From positions 3,164 through 67,163 of the forward strand of contig JAPLDL010000025.1 of the NCBI GenBank assembly GCA_026391735.1: DNA of 64,000 nucleotides, written 5' to 3'. The stretch comes from Bacteroidota bacterium (GTDB lineage: Bacteria > Bacteroidota > Bacteroidia > Bacteroidales > FEN-979). Shown piece by piece: positions 9,110-18,261 of this stretch. A program made the translations under genes and the position numbers. The notes beneath the pieces are model-generated. The model saw only the letters and a list, made by a program, of their open reading frames with translations, made no database searches and had not been told where the DNA came from. Each line of letters begins with the position of its first letter. Position 1 is the first letter of the stretch.

Positions 9110-10285
9110 CTACCAATAGTCTCTCCTCTTAACAACCATAATAGCGATCCAGGTAACATAAAACATACAGAAAACAGGGACGGTAAAACTCATGGCAATG
9201 GAAACGGAATCTGCAACAGCCCACATAAGGGCAGGGAATAATGCTCCTAACGGGACTGTCCCTATCATCATCCCAATAAAAATGCGGCGATCAGTCCTTA
9301 TTCTTTCTATAGCAATCGAAAGTAATACAGGGAAGATATTGGATGCTCCAAGTCCTATCATTACAGAGGCTGCAAGCGAAAGATATTTTTGTCCAATAAA
9401 AATTATGAATAAGCCGAAGATGCATAGTATACTGCTAAGAAGAAAAACAATCACCGGCTTTATTCTCCCTGAAATAATAACTCCGAAAAGCCTTCCGAAA
9501 AAAAATGAAAACATAAACAGCCCGATGCCGGGAATCAGGGTTTGCTGGATTTTAATTCCGAAGGTCTCTGTAAAATAGAATGGGATGAGGTTTACCAGAC
9601 AATATTCAGCGCCTGAATACACAGCTAATCCTCCTAAAACTAAAAGGACAAATTTATTCGTGACCAGGCGTAATATTCCGGACCGGAGTTTTTCTTCACA
9701 GGGGATGTCAGTTCCTGCTGGTATGGGTTTTACCAGTAGAAAGACAATGGAAAGCATCAGAAAGAAGAGGGAAACATATAAAATCACTCCGTTCCACGGC
9801 ATTGAACCATGGGAAAGGATTGAAGGGATACCGATTCCTGTTATGAGGCCGGCCGATTTTATGAAATACAGCAAGGTAATCTTTACTGCATGTTTATCCT
9901 GGTCAGGTGATAAAGAAATAAACCTAAGTCCTGAAACCTGTACAAATAAACTGCCTGAAAATAAAAACAACTCGCTCAGTAAAATAATGCTGACCGATTT
10001 AAAATTGATGCTGGGGAGAAGAAGTCCGGGGAGGATGACCAAAAGAGCGATCATCAGGTTAGGCCGCCTGCCTTTTCCCGTCTTCAGCCAACTGAATAAC
10101 ACAGCCAATAATGCAAGGGTCATCAAACCTGCAAATGTCAATACCCGCTTATAATGTTCATCAGGGAAAATGAAATTGATTTGCCCGCTAAGCCAGGGGA
10201 GCAGGCTTTCAACAAGGCCTGTTGTAAAGAAAGCCGCATACAGTGAAGCATGAATTCTATTTTCATTCCTGATATCCTGGCTCAT
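9110..10285 (-). CDS. Polytopic membrane transporter, probably MFS-type
   Basis: 391 aa with about 11-12 hydrophobic helices. A loop KTGKGRRPN resembles the MFS TM2-3 motif. Its stop is 3 nt from the GH31 gene. Confidence 0.55.
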   Translation of the reverse strand: MSQDIRNENRIHASLYAAFFTTGLVESLLPWLSGQINFIFPDEHYKRVLTFAGLMTLALLAVLFSWLKTGKGRRPNLMIALLVILPGLLLPSINFKSVSIILLSELFLFSGSLFVQVSGLRFISLSPDQDKHAVKITLLYFIKSAGLITGIGIPSILSHGSMPWNGVILYVSLFFLMLSIVFLLVKPIPAGTDIPCEEKLRSGILRLVTNKFVLLVLGGLAVYSGAEYCLVNLIPFYFTETFGIKIQQTLIPGIGLFMFSFFFGRLFGVIISGRIKPVIVFLLSSILCIFGLFIIFIGQKYLSLAASVMIGLGASNIFPVLLSIAIERIRTDRRIFIGMMIGTVPLGALFPALMWAVADSVSIAMSFTVPVFCMFYVTWIAIMVVKRRDYW

Positions 10286-10288
10286 CTC

Positions 10289-12700
10289 TTATTCAAAATG
10301 GATGACTGTTTCACTAGTGTTAAAAGGCAACACGGCTGAAATGGTTCCGGGTTTTGAAGTTACAACAGATACCCGGCTGCCATTGATGTTAAGGGTTTTA
10401 ATATCCCTGAAAGCATGAAGTATCAGCCTGATTTTACTATACCTTGAACCATAGCTTCCTTCGGCCTTGCCTATAGCGATTGTTTTCATGGAAGGGTCAT
10501 ACCTTATCACACGCTTGAAGAAAACGCCGTTTTCGTAGTTATAGGTTTGCCCGTCATCTTCATAGTATACATAAAAACTTGTTATAGTACCTGCATAAAT
10601 ATGCAAGTCCAGTGTATCGGAAGGCTTTTCGGAAGTATTCTGGATTACCGATTGCATGGGGATGATTCCTGAAGCCTTAGCGAATACAGGGAGGTCGTCG
10701 GTGGGAGCTTCAACATTCACTTCCTGCTTTCCCTCGAAAAATTCTCCCGACGAAAGCCTGTACCATCCTCCATCAGGCAGGTAAACCCTGGCAAAATCCT
10801 GGGTACAGGAAACCGGTGCAATAAGCAGGTTGTCACCAAAAAGATACTCTTCCTGGTATTTCCACCACCAGATCTTGTCGTCGTTCGTGTAGTTTATTGC
10901 AAGGCTCCTGGCAACGGGTAACCCGGTTTGAGACGAAGAATAGAAGGCCGAATAAATATAAGGGAGAAGCCGGTACCTTTGGCTGATAAGTTTTACAGAA
11001 GACTCTTCCACACCTTCACCCAGCGACCAGGGTTCTTTCCGGTTTGTTCCCTTTGCAGCATGGTTCCTGAAAAACGGAGTATAAACACCCATTGAAAGCC
11101 AGCGAATAAACAGTTCTTTGGAAGGGGTTTCTATGAAGCCACCCATATCGGGGCCTGTGAAACTCAGGCCAGAAAGCCCAAGGCTGTTGACCATCCGGGC
11201 CGAAAGCAGCATATGTTCATCAGAAGCCACATTATCACCTGTCCAAACGGCAGAATAACGTTGTATCCCGGCATAACCAGCGCGGGTGAGCACAAAGGGA
11301 CGTTTCCCCTTCAGCAGATTTTTGGTTCCTTCGAAAGTTGCTCTCGACATATTAAACCCGTATACATTATGGGCCTGCTTCATGCTTGCCCCATGCCCGT
11401 CAAAGTCAAACTGAACGATTTCAGGAATGTTCTGTCCCCAGGCCGATGGTTCATTCATGTCATTCCAGAACCCTTCAACTCCGGGATCAACAAGGTGTTT
11501 AAATGAGGCGCCCCACCATTGTCTTACTGCATCCCTCGTGAAATCAGGGAAATGGCACCTTCCGGGCCAAACGCTTCCAATATACCTCACGCCATCAGGA
11601 TACTTAACAAAATAATCATTCTTAAGCCCTTCGTCATAGGCAAAATACCCCGGTTCGACTTTAATGCCGGGGTCAACAATGGTGGCCACATGAAATCCCA
11701 TACTGTTCAGTTCAGCGATAAGTGTTTTGGGATCGGCAAATCCCTTTGGGTTCCAGGTAAAGATCTTATAAGCATCCATATAATCTATATCCAGGTATAT
11801 CATATCGCAGGGGATTTTTTTAGCCCTGAACTGCCTGGCTATGTCAAGAACTTCGGTATCAGGGAAATAACTCCACCTGCACTGCTGAAAGCCCAGGCTC
11901 CAATAGGGTGGGAGAGGCGTTCGGCCGGTAAGCCAGGTATAGTCTTTCAAAATACCGGCAACAGAGGAAGATCCGAAAAAATAATAATTCAGTTCCCCTT
12001 CGGCCACTGAAAACCTGCTGAAAAGATTATCTGTTGAAGCCGCAAAATCAAATTTTGTACGAGAGGAATTGTCAAGGAATATCCCGTAAGTCAGGCTGTC
12101 GTGAATGCCCATGAAAAAAGGAATACTCACATACAGTGGATCGGCGTTGGATGCATACGCGGGTATATCTGAATTCCACATTTCATACTTTCCACCCCGC
12201 CTGTCCAGGTTACCGGTTTTTTCACCAAGGCCAATAAATTTCTCATCAGGGAAGAGTTTTCTGTAACAGGTGATTTCCGAACCCTGCCATCCCGTACCAA
12301 ATGGGGCATAGTCTTCCGAGAGGATACGGCCTTTCATATTTTTTATTTGTATGCGGATGGGATCCTTCCTGATCTCCATCTGAAGTGAGTCTGTTCGAAG
12401 GACGATCTTCTCAACGGTTTCGCTGACCTTAAAATCACCGGCTTCCGGTTTTGCAATTACTGCATATGAAAAATCTGCTGCACTAATTTCTTTGTCTATC
12501 CTGATCCTGATAACAGCAGGAGAGTAATACCTGATCAGAACGTTTGCATTTTCAGCCCTGATCAAAACTCCTGTTCCCGATTGCTTCATTGACCTGAACT
12601 TTCCGATAAAAAAAGATTGTCCAAAAAGCAGGACAGGGGAAAGTGAAAGTAATCCGGCAAGCAGAATAAAGTTCAATAAGATACTGGTTCTTTTTTTCAT
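10289..12700 (-). CDS. Glycoside hydrolase family 31 (alpha-glucosidase / alpha-xylosidase type)
   Basis: 803 aa with a signal peptide. It carries the GH31 nucleophile motif GFWNDMNEPS and the RAGYAGIQRYSAVWTGDNVAS block. Confidence 0.9.
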   Translation of the reverse strand: MKKRTSILLNFILLAGLLSLSPVLLFGQSFFIGKFRSMKQSGTGVLIRAENANVLIRYYSPAVIRIRIDKEISAADFSYAVIAKPEAGDFKVSETVEKIVLRTDSLQMEIRKDPIRIQIKNMKGRILSEDYAPFGTGWQGSEITCYRKLFPDEKFIGLGEKTGNLDRRGGKYEMWNSDIPAYASNADPLYVSIPFFMGIHDSLTYGIFLDNSSRTKFDFAASTDNLFSRFSVAEGELNYYFFGSSSVAGILKDYTWLTGRTPLPPYWSLGFQQCRWSYFPDTEVLDIARQFRAKKIPCDMIYLDIDYMDAYKIFTWNPKGFADPKTLIAELNSMGFHVATIVDPGIKVEPGYFAYDEGLKNDYFVKYPDGVRYIGSVWPGRCHFPDFTRDAVRQWWGASFKHLVDPGVEGFWNDMNEPSAWGQNIPEIVQFDFDGHGASMKQAHNVYGFNMSRATFEGTKNLLKGKRPFVLTRAGYAGIQRYSAVWTGDNVASDEHMLLSARMVNSLGLSGLSFTGPDMGGFIETPSKELFIRWLSMGVYTPFFRNHAAKGTNRKEPWSLGEGVEESSVKLISQRYRLLPYIYSAFYSSSQTGLPVARSLAINYTNDDKIWWWKYQEEYLFGDNLLIAPVSCTQDFARVYLPDGGWYRLSSGEFFEGKQEVNVEAPTDDLPVFAKASGIIPMQSVIQNTSEKPSDTLDLHIYAGTITSFYVYYEDDGQTYNYENGVFFKRVIRYDPSMKTIAIGKAEGSYGSRYSKIRLILHAFRDIKTLNINGSRVSVVTSKPGTISAVLPFNTSETVIHFE

Positions 12701-12733
12701 ATCATTTGTATTGCCGGCAACAGCCGTTTTATA

Positions 12734-15097
12734 TTAAATCCCTTCATGTTCCGTCCTCCTGATGATCTCATCCTGAAGATCTTCGCCCAGGTCATTAAAA
12801 TAATCACTGTAACCTGCAACGCGCACAATAAGATCCCTGTGTTTGTCAGGATGTTTCTGGGCATCTTTAAGAGTATCTGCAGTAACCACGTTGAACTGAA
12901 TATGATGACCGTCCAGCCTGAAATAAGCACGAATAAGACTTGCTAGCTTGGCTATCGCTTCATCCCCTTCAAAAAACGAAGGGGCGAATTTCTGGTTCAA
13001 AAGAGTTCCTCCTGTCAGCAAATGATCGATCTTGCTGGCCGATTTCAGGACTGCCGTCGGACCATTATGATCGGCACCCTGGAATGGCGAAATTCCTTCC
13101 GATAAAGGCTTACAGGCTTTTCTTCCATCAGGCAGGGCTCCGATCACACTTCCAAAATAGACATGTGAAGTGGTGGGCAGCATGTTGATCCTGTGTTTCC
13201 CCCCTACAGAGGTAGGTTTGCCATCTACAGCATCAAAAAACATCCTGAATACCATACGGGCCTGGTCGTCAGCATAATCATCGTCATTCCCATACTTGGG
13301 TGTGTGGTAAACCAGTTCTTTCCTGAACTCTTCGAAATCCTTGAAATCTGCAGAAAGTGACTTTAACAATCCCTGCATGGTGATGGTTTTCATCTCAAAT
13401 ACATGATATCTGATCGAGGTCAGTGAATCAGTGATGCTGCCCAGACCTACTCCCTGTATATACGTCGTATTGTACCTCGAGCCCCCTGCATTGTAATCCA
13501 TCCCATTGCTGATACAATCATCAATAAAAAGACTCAGGAATGGGACCGGCATATTATCGGCAAAAATCCTGTGAATCAAATTATTGCCTCTAATTTTAAC
13601 CGCAGTAAGGTACTCAAGCTGCAGTCTGAAAGCATTCATCAGCTCTTCAAAGGAAATAAAGAGTTCGGGATCACCCGTTTTAATGCCCACCTGCTTTTTT
13701 GTCCGGGGATCGAACCCGTTATTCAATGTGAGTTCAAGAACTTTAGCAAGGTTGAAATAACCCGAAAGGATATATGCTTCGGTACCGAACGCACCTGCTT
13801 CGACACAACCGCTGGCCCCGCCGTTTCTCGCATCTTCAAGACTTTTACCTTGCCTTACAAGCTCTTGTATAATGGCATCCGTATTAAAAAATGACGGCTG
13901 ACCAAAGCCGGTTTTTGTGATCTTTAAGGTACGCTGAAGGAAATTATCAGGGTTCTTCTTACTGATCTGAACCATGGAACTGGGCTGCAGCAGCCTCATC
14001 TCTTCTATTACATCAAGAAGGATGAATGTAAGTTCATTTACCCCATCCGATCCATCGGGTTTCAGGCCTCCTAGGTTGATCAGGCAGAAATCGGTATAAG
14101 TGTTGCTTTCCAGAGCGGTGACTCCGATCTTTGGCGGTGCCGGATGATTGTTGAATTTAATCCAGAAACTCTGCAGAAGTTCCACCGTACTTTCTTTCGT
14201 AAGTGAACCGTCTTCAATGCCTTTCCTGTAAAAAGGGAACAGATGCTGATCAAGACGTCCGGGGTTAAAAGAATCCCAGGGATTTAATTCGGTAATCACA
14301 CCCAGGTGGACAAACCAGTAATACTGCAAGGCTTCATGCAGGGTACGGGGGGCATGAGCGGGAACATGCCTGCATATGCCGGCCATCTCAAGCAATTCAG
14401 CCTGTCTTTCTGAGTCGGTTTCCTTTTTTGCAAGATTCTCAAGCTCTTCAGCATAGCGTCCGGCAAATTTTATAAGTGCCAGGGCAGCTATTTCCATGGC
14501 TTTAAGCTCTTCCTGCTTCTCGTAAGCCATGGCATCATGAATGAAATCAAGACTGCCAACCTCTTTCCTGATCTGGCTGATCATACCCATCAAGCCCTGG
14601 CGGTATATCTTATTTCCCAAAACGGTATGACCCGGCGCCCGTTGCTCCTGGAATTCAGTGAAAAACCCGGCTTTGTATGCATTATGCCATTCTTCGGGAA
14701 GCGAACTCATGATTCGGTCGCGGTTGCTTCGTCCTGTCCAGAATGGAATGATTTTTTCGGAATATATCCTTCTCACCTCATCATCACACTTAAAAGATAC
14801 CTTTTTACGTGAATCCAGGATTTCAAGATCCTCAAGCGTGTGAAGGCATATTTCAGGATAGGTGGGACAGGATTTGGGAGCAGGTCCGCGTTCGCCTGCA
14901 ATAAGCTCACCTTCGTTAATGCAAATCGATTTCCGGCTTAAGATATAGTCAAATGCCATCGCCCTGCAAACAGGCACAGATAGCTGCCTGTCGATCCCTG
15001 TTGCATAAAATTCAGTCACCAGTACCGCCCGTTCTGCACTGATCCGGTTAACGGCATTGAGGCTTTGTTCCCTCAATCTCTTTATTCTGTCGGTCAT
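12734..15097 (-). CDS. hypD: Glycyl radical enzyme, 1,2-eliminase class; active-site pattern matches trans-4-hydroxy-L-proline dehydratase (HypD)
   Basis: 787 aa. The glycyl radical motif is RVAGYSDYF (G762), with the thiyl Cys-x-Glu GCVE (C431/E433). F149, H157, D275, S331, F337, Y447 and T642 each sit exactly 3 residues below the HypD residues I recall from the literature (F152, H160, D278, S334, F340, Y450, T645, C434, E436, G765). Confidence 0.65.
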   Translation of the reverse strand: MTDRIKRLREQSLNAVNRISAERAVLVTEFYATGIDRQLSVPVCRAMAFDYILSRKSICINEGELIAGERGPAPKSCPTYPEICLHTLEDLEILDSRKKVSFKCDDEVRRIYSEKIIPFWTGRSNRDRIMSSLPEEWHNAYKAGFFTEFQEQRAPGHTVLGNKIYRQGLMGMISQIRKEVGSLDFIHDAMAYEKQEELKAMEIAALALIKFAGRYAEELENLAKKETDSERQAELLEMAGICRHVPAHAPRTLHEALQYYWFVHLGVITELNPWDSFNPGRLDQHLFPFYRKGIEDGSLTKESTVELLQSFWIKFNNHPAPPKIGVTALESNTYTDFCLINLGGLKPDGSDGVNELTFILLDVIEEMRLLQPSSMVQISKKNPDNFLQRTLKITKTGFGQPSFFNTDAIIQELVRQGKSLEDARNGGASGCVEAGAFGTEAYILSGYFNLAKVLELTLNNGFDPRTKKQVGIKTGDPELFISFEELMNAFRLQLEYLTAVKIRGNNLIHRIFADNMPVPFLSLFIDDCISNGMDYNAGGSRYNTTYIQGVGLGSITDSLTSIRYHVFEMKTITMQGLLKSLSADFKDFEEFRKELVYHTPKYGNDDDYADDQARMVFRMFFDAVDGKPTSVGGKHRINMLPTTSHVYFGSVIGALPDGRKACKPLSEGISPFQGADHNGPTAVLKSASKIDHLLTGGTLLNQKFAPSFFEGDEAIAKLASLIRAYFRLDGHHIQFNVVTADTLKDAQKHPDKHRDLIVRVAGYSDYFNDLGEDLQDEIIRRTEHEGI

Positions 15098-15133
15098 ATA
15101 AACTCTTTATTAATAACCATCCCGTTTCACTTT

Positions 15134-15181
15134 TATCCAGCTATCCAGCTATCTTGTTATCCAATTATCCCGTTATCCCTT
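15134..15181. repeat. Six tandem 8-nt units TATCCNNN (GGAUA-containing on the transcribed minus strand) between the activase and the glycyl radical enzyme genes
   Basis: The units read TATCCAGC TATCCAGC TATCTTGT TATCCAAT TATCCCGT TATCCCTT with strict 8-nt phasing. The array fills most of the 85-nt intergenic gap. Confidence 0.85.
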
Positions 15182-15182
15182 C

Positions 15183-15983
15183 TCATCCTCCGATCTTAAC
15201 AACATATCCCAATCCTTCAAGCTCTTTCTTTCTTACTATCAATTCTTCTCTCGGAGTACTGCTGATACCTTTCATAGAATTGACCTTACCGAACCTCTTA
15301 TATTTATTCTCTGCTGCCGAGTGATAGGGGAGAAGATTAATTTCATTGACCCCTGGGCGAAGCGGTTCAAGAAATGCCAGTAATGACCTGAAATTCGACT
15401 CGGAATCGCTGATCCCAGGTATCACAGGCACCCTCACAACAACTTTTTTCCCCGATCGCGCCAGCCTTTGCAGGTTTTCATGGATAGGTTTGTTCGAGAC
15501 TCCTGTATATTCAAGGTGTAATATATCATCCATCAACTTCAGGTCATAAAGATACAAATCTATGTAATCCATAGTAAGGGCCAGGTCCTGCCATCCCGCG
15601 TACCCGCAGGTATCCAGAGCTACATGTAGATCTCTTGTTTTTAATCCTTTAAGTAAATTTAACAGGAATTCAGCCTGAAATAATGGTTCCCCGCCGGAGA
15701 CAGTCACACCTCCTCCCGATTCATCATAAAATACCCTGTCCTTCTCAACTTCTTCAAGTATCTCCTCAACTGTCATCCATTTACCCGAAACCTCCTGTTC
15801 CATATAGATGGCGCCGTCAAGTGTAACAGTTTTAGTGCTTGTTTCAGGGATCTCAGCCTGGCTTTCAGGATTATGACACCAGCGACAGGATAGGGGGCAT
15901 CCTTTTAAAAATATTGTGCACCGTATCCCCGGACCATCATGCACCGTAAATTTCCTTATATCAAAAACCAGTCCTTCCACCAT
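15183..15983 (-). CDS. Glycyl-radical enzyme activating protein (radical SAM)
   Basis: 266 aa. It has GPGIRCTIFLKGCPLSCRWCHNPES (CX3CX2C) and the GGEPL SAM motif, and sits directly upstream of the glycyl radical enzyme. Confidence 0.9.
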   Translation of the reverse strand: MVEGLVFDIRKFTVHDGPGIRCTIFLKGCPLSCRWCHNPESQAEIPETSTKTVTLDGAIYMEQEVSGKWMTVEEILEEVEKDRVFYDESGGGVTVSGGEPLFQAEFLLNLLKGLKTRDLHVALDTCGYAGWQDLALTMDYIDLYLYDLKLMDDILHLEYTGVSNKPIHENLQRLARSGKKVVVRVPVIPGISDSESNFRSLLAFLEPLRPGVNEINLLPYHSAAENKYKRFGKVNSMKGISSTPREELIVRKKELEGLGYVVKIGG

Positions 15984-16013
15984 GTTTAATGCGAGCCGAA
16001 TTCAACAGTTTTC

Positions 16014-17360
16014 TTATTTCCCGGAACCTGCATAATATTCTATCATTTCAGTTATAGCCTTTCGGCAAACAGGGCAGAACCCGCTTGCTTCATTTGATTT
16101 CATACGGCAGTCCATGGAGGGGCTGTAAACTCCTTTCGACACATAACCTCCACCTTCAAACATGCCAGTAACGTCGTTGTACTCAGCCTTTCTTGGAGTA
16201 GGGACAGGGATCCCCAAAGGGATTAAATCCTTCCATTTGGAAGCAAAATCTTTATTCGTTGTAATATTTTTCTCCCAGGGTTCGGTTTTTGTGTTATAAA
16301 AATCCGAATAAGTAACTTCGGCGTTATAATATTCATCGGCAAGACCGGCAAATGAATGCCCGAATTCGTGAATTGCAACGACCATTGAATACTGGTTGTC
16401 AACTGTTCCCTCGCAATAATGGTTATAAAAGCCGCCTCCTCCGTATCGTTTTGAATTGACCAGTACAAAAATGGCGTCATAGGGGACATTTGCAGCGATA
16501 TCGTAGATTGACTTGGTATCAAAGCTTGTCAGATAGCGGTCCATATCAAATGTATAAAAGCTGCTGTGTATATTCGTGTTCACATACAACTCCTTACCGG
16601 GTATCGTCACTCCCGATTCCTCTGAAGGCGAGATCACGGCATAAAAATTGAATTTATCACGAAAGTTACTATACGGTTCAACCGATAAAAAATAATCCAT
16701 CATTGAACGTGCATCAGCAATAAATTTATTTATTTCGGCTTCAGTGTATCCTTCCGCAAGAAAAGCCACATCCACATGGCTGGCAGGAACTCCCGAATAC
16801 ATGAGAGTTTCAACTTTCAAACGGCGAATGCTGTCTTTCAAAATAAAATAATCATCAGGTCTTATCCTCATTTCAAACAGTTTCTGAAATATCCCCGTCT
16901 CGTACGAGCGTTTCTCAATAACAAACTGCATGGTCTTTTTAGGAAATGGCATGACAGCAACCATGGAGAACGCCCTGCTGATCTCTTTTGCTTCGGGCGT
17001 CCCTCTCCATTCCTGGAAGATGCTTGAGAATCCTTTGGCAAACACCAGTCTTCCCGATGCAGAATCAATTAACATGTACCGGTAAGTCCCTGTATTCTTC
17101 AGGGCAAGCAGGTCATTGTGAGGGCCTCCATAATTTGGTTCTTCCCTCATTTCCCTGAAAAAAACATTCTCAGTGGAACTATTCCCTGCAAGAAAATAAT
17201 CGATCCTCAGGGTCTTATTCAAAAAACAGTCATCGAAACTGAATTGTTCAGGAACATTTACGGCCAACGTGGAAGCCTTATCCTGGGCCATGGTCATGCC
17301 TGATAACAGCAGGGTGTATATCAGGAAGGAAACGAATGAAAAATAGTTGATTCTGTTCAT
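16014..17360 (-). CDS. M64 family (IgA-peptidase-like) zinc metallopeptidase
   Basis: 448 aa with a signal peptide. It has HEFGHSFAGLADEY (HExxH plus downstream acidic residues) typical of peptidase M64. Confidence 0.8.
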   Translation of the reverse strand: MNRINYFSFVSFLIYTLLLSGMTMAQDKASTLAVNVPEQFSFDDCFLNKTLRIDYFLAGNSSTENVFFREMREEPNYGGPHNDLLALKNTGTYRYMLIDSASGRLVFAKGFSSIFQEWRGTPEAKEISRAFSMVAVMPFPKKTMQFVIEKRSYETGIFQKLFEMRIRPDDYFILKDSIRRLKVETLMYSGVPASHVDVAFLAEGYTEAEINKFIADARSMMDYFLSVEPYSNFRDKFNFYAVISPSEESGVTIPGKELYVNTNIHSSFYTFDMDRYLTSFDTKSIYDIAANVPYDAIFVLVNSKRYGGGGFYNHYCEGTVDNQYSMVVAIHEFGHSFAGLADEYYNAEVTYSDFYNTKTEPWEKNITTNKDFASKWKDLIPLGIPVPTPRKAEYNDVTGMFEGGGYVSKGVYSPSMDCRMKSNEASGFCPVCRKAITEMIEYYAGSGK

Positions 17361-17370
17361 AAATTAATTT

Positions 17371-18261
17371 TTATGCGGATTTCCCTTTTATCTGGACCAA
17401 TGCGGTTCCCGCGAGCATAAGCAAGCAGCCTCCTGCCATCCGCATACTCATGGTTTCTCCAAGCAATAGCATGCCCCCGATAACTGCAAATACGGCTTCC
17501 AGTCCAAGTATTATGCTTACATACGCCGGATGAGCTGTTTTCTGAGCGATGATTTGCAGAGTATAAGCTACTCCAACCGAGAGGATCCCGCCGTAGCAAA
17601 TGGGAATCCAGGCCTGGATTATTTTAGCCAGGGCAACAGTTTCCAGGGCGAATGCCACAACCAGGTTCATGACAGCGGTGATTGTAAACTGAATTACTGC
17701 CAGAAATATGGAATCCATGCGGGGAGAAAGCCATCCGATAAACAAAACATGAAAGCTGAACACAAAGGAGCACATTAAAACCAGGGTGTCACCCGGCCCA
17801 AGTTTAAATCCTCCGGTAATGCTCAGAAAGTAAAGTCCGATCATTGACAGCAATACTCCGGCCCAAATATACCAGTTGCTTCTCTGCCCCAGAAACAATC
17901 CGATCACCGGGACAAACATCACGTACAACTCGGTTAGAAACCCTGCTTTCCCGGCTGTGGTCGTTTGAAGCCCGAGCTGCTGTAATGCAACACCTCCAAA
18001 CAGGAGGAGTCCCGTGATCAGGCTGCCTGTAATGATCTTCAGGCGGTCGGAAGCAGAATTGTAAAAGATCATTTGTTTCCCTTTTCTCATCCTGCTGTAA
18101 AGCAATGGGAGCAAAACAAGAACACCAAGCAAAAACCTCACCCCGTTGTAAGTAAAAGGTCCGGTATAATCCATTCCCACTCTCTGAGCAACGAAGGCGA
18201 AGCCCCATATCGCAGCGGCAAGGAGAAGGATCAGATCGGCCTTGACTTTACAGTTTATCAT
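17371..18261 (-). CDS. EamA/DMT family transporter
   Basis: 296 aa with ten hydrophobic helices arranged as two 5-TM halves. The N-terminal LLLLAAAIWGFAFVAQR is typical of EamA proteins. Confidence 0.8.
   Translation of the reverse strand: MINCKVKADLILLLAAAIWGFAFVAQRVGMDYTGPFTYNGVRFLLGVLVLLPLLYSRMRKGKQMIFYNSASDRLKIITGSLITGLLLFGGVALQQLGLQTTTAGKAGFLTELYVMFVPVIGLFLGQRSNWYIWAGVLLSMIGLYFLSITGGFKLGPGDTLVLMCSFVFSFHVLFIGWLSPRMDSIFLAVIQFTITAVMNLVVAFALETVALAKIIQAWIPICYGGILSVGVAYTLQIIAQKTAHPAYVSIILGLEAVFAVIGGMLLLGETMSMRMAGGCLLMLAGTALVQIKGKSA

Noticed and set aside
9585-10154. Long antisense 'shadow' ORFs inside confident genes. Examples are 9585-10154, 6539-7006, 11519-12010, 22960-23445, 30089-30613, 31207-31659, 32908-33420, 51893-52387, 59462-59947 and 61105-61515.
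   Set aside because: Each lies wholly inside, and antisense or out of frame to, a gene with strong family motifs. Their compositions are skewed (Ser/Arg/Pro/Cys-rich) and none has a recognisable domain.
12697-12930. 77-aa ORF bridging the GH31 start and the 3' end of the glycyl radical enzyme.
   Set aside because: It overlaps the well-supported C-terminus (glycyl radical motif region) of the GRE in another frame. It has no independent support.
15134-15181. Could the 7-8 nt tandem arrays (15134-15181, 55762-55824, 56654-56763) be CRISPR arrays?
   Set aside because: The units are far too short, they are contiguous without spacers, and no cas genes are present. They are microsatellite-like arrays, not CRISPR.
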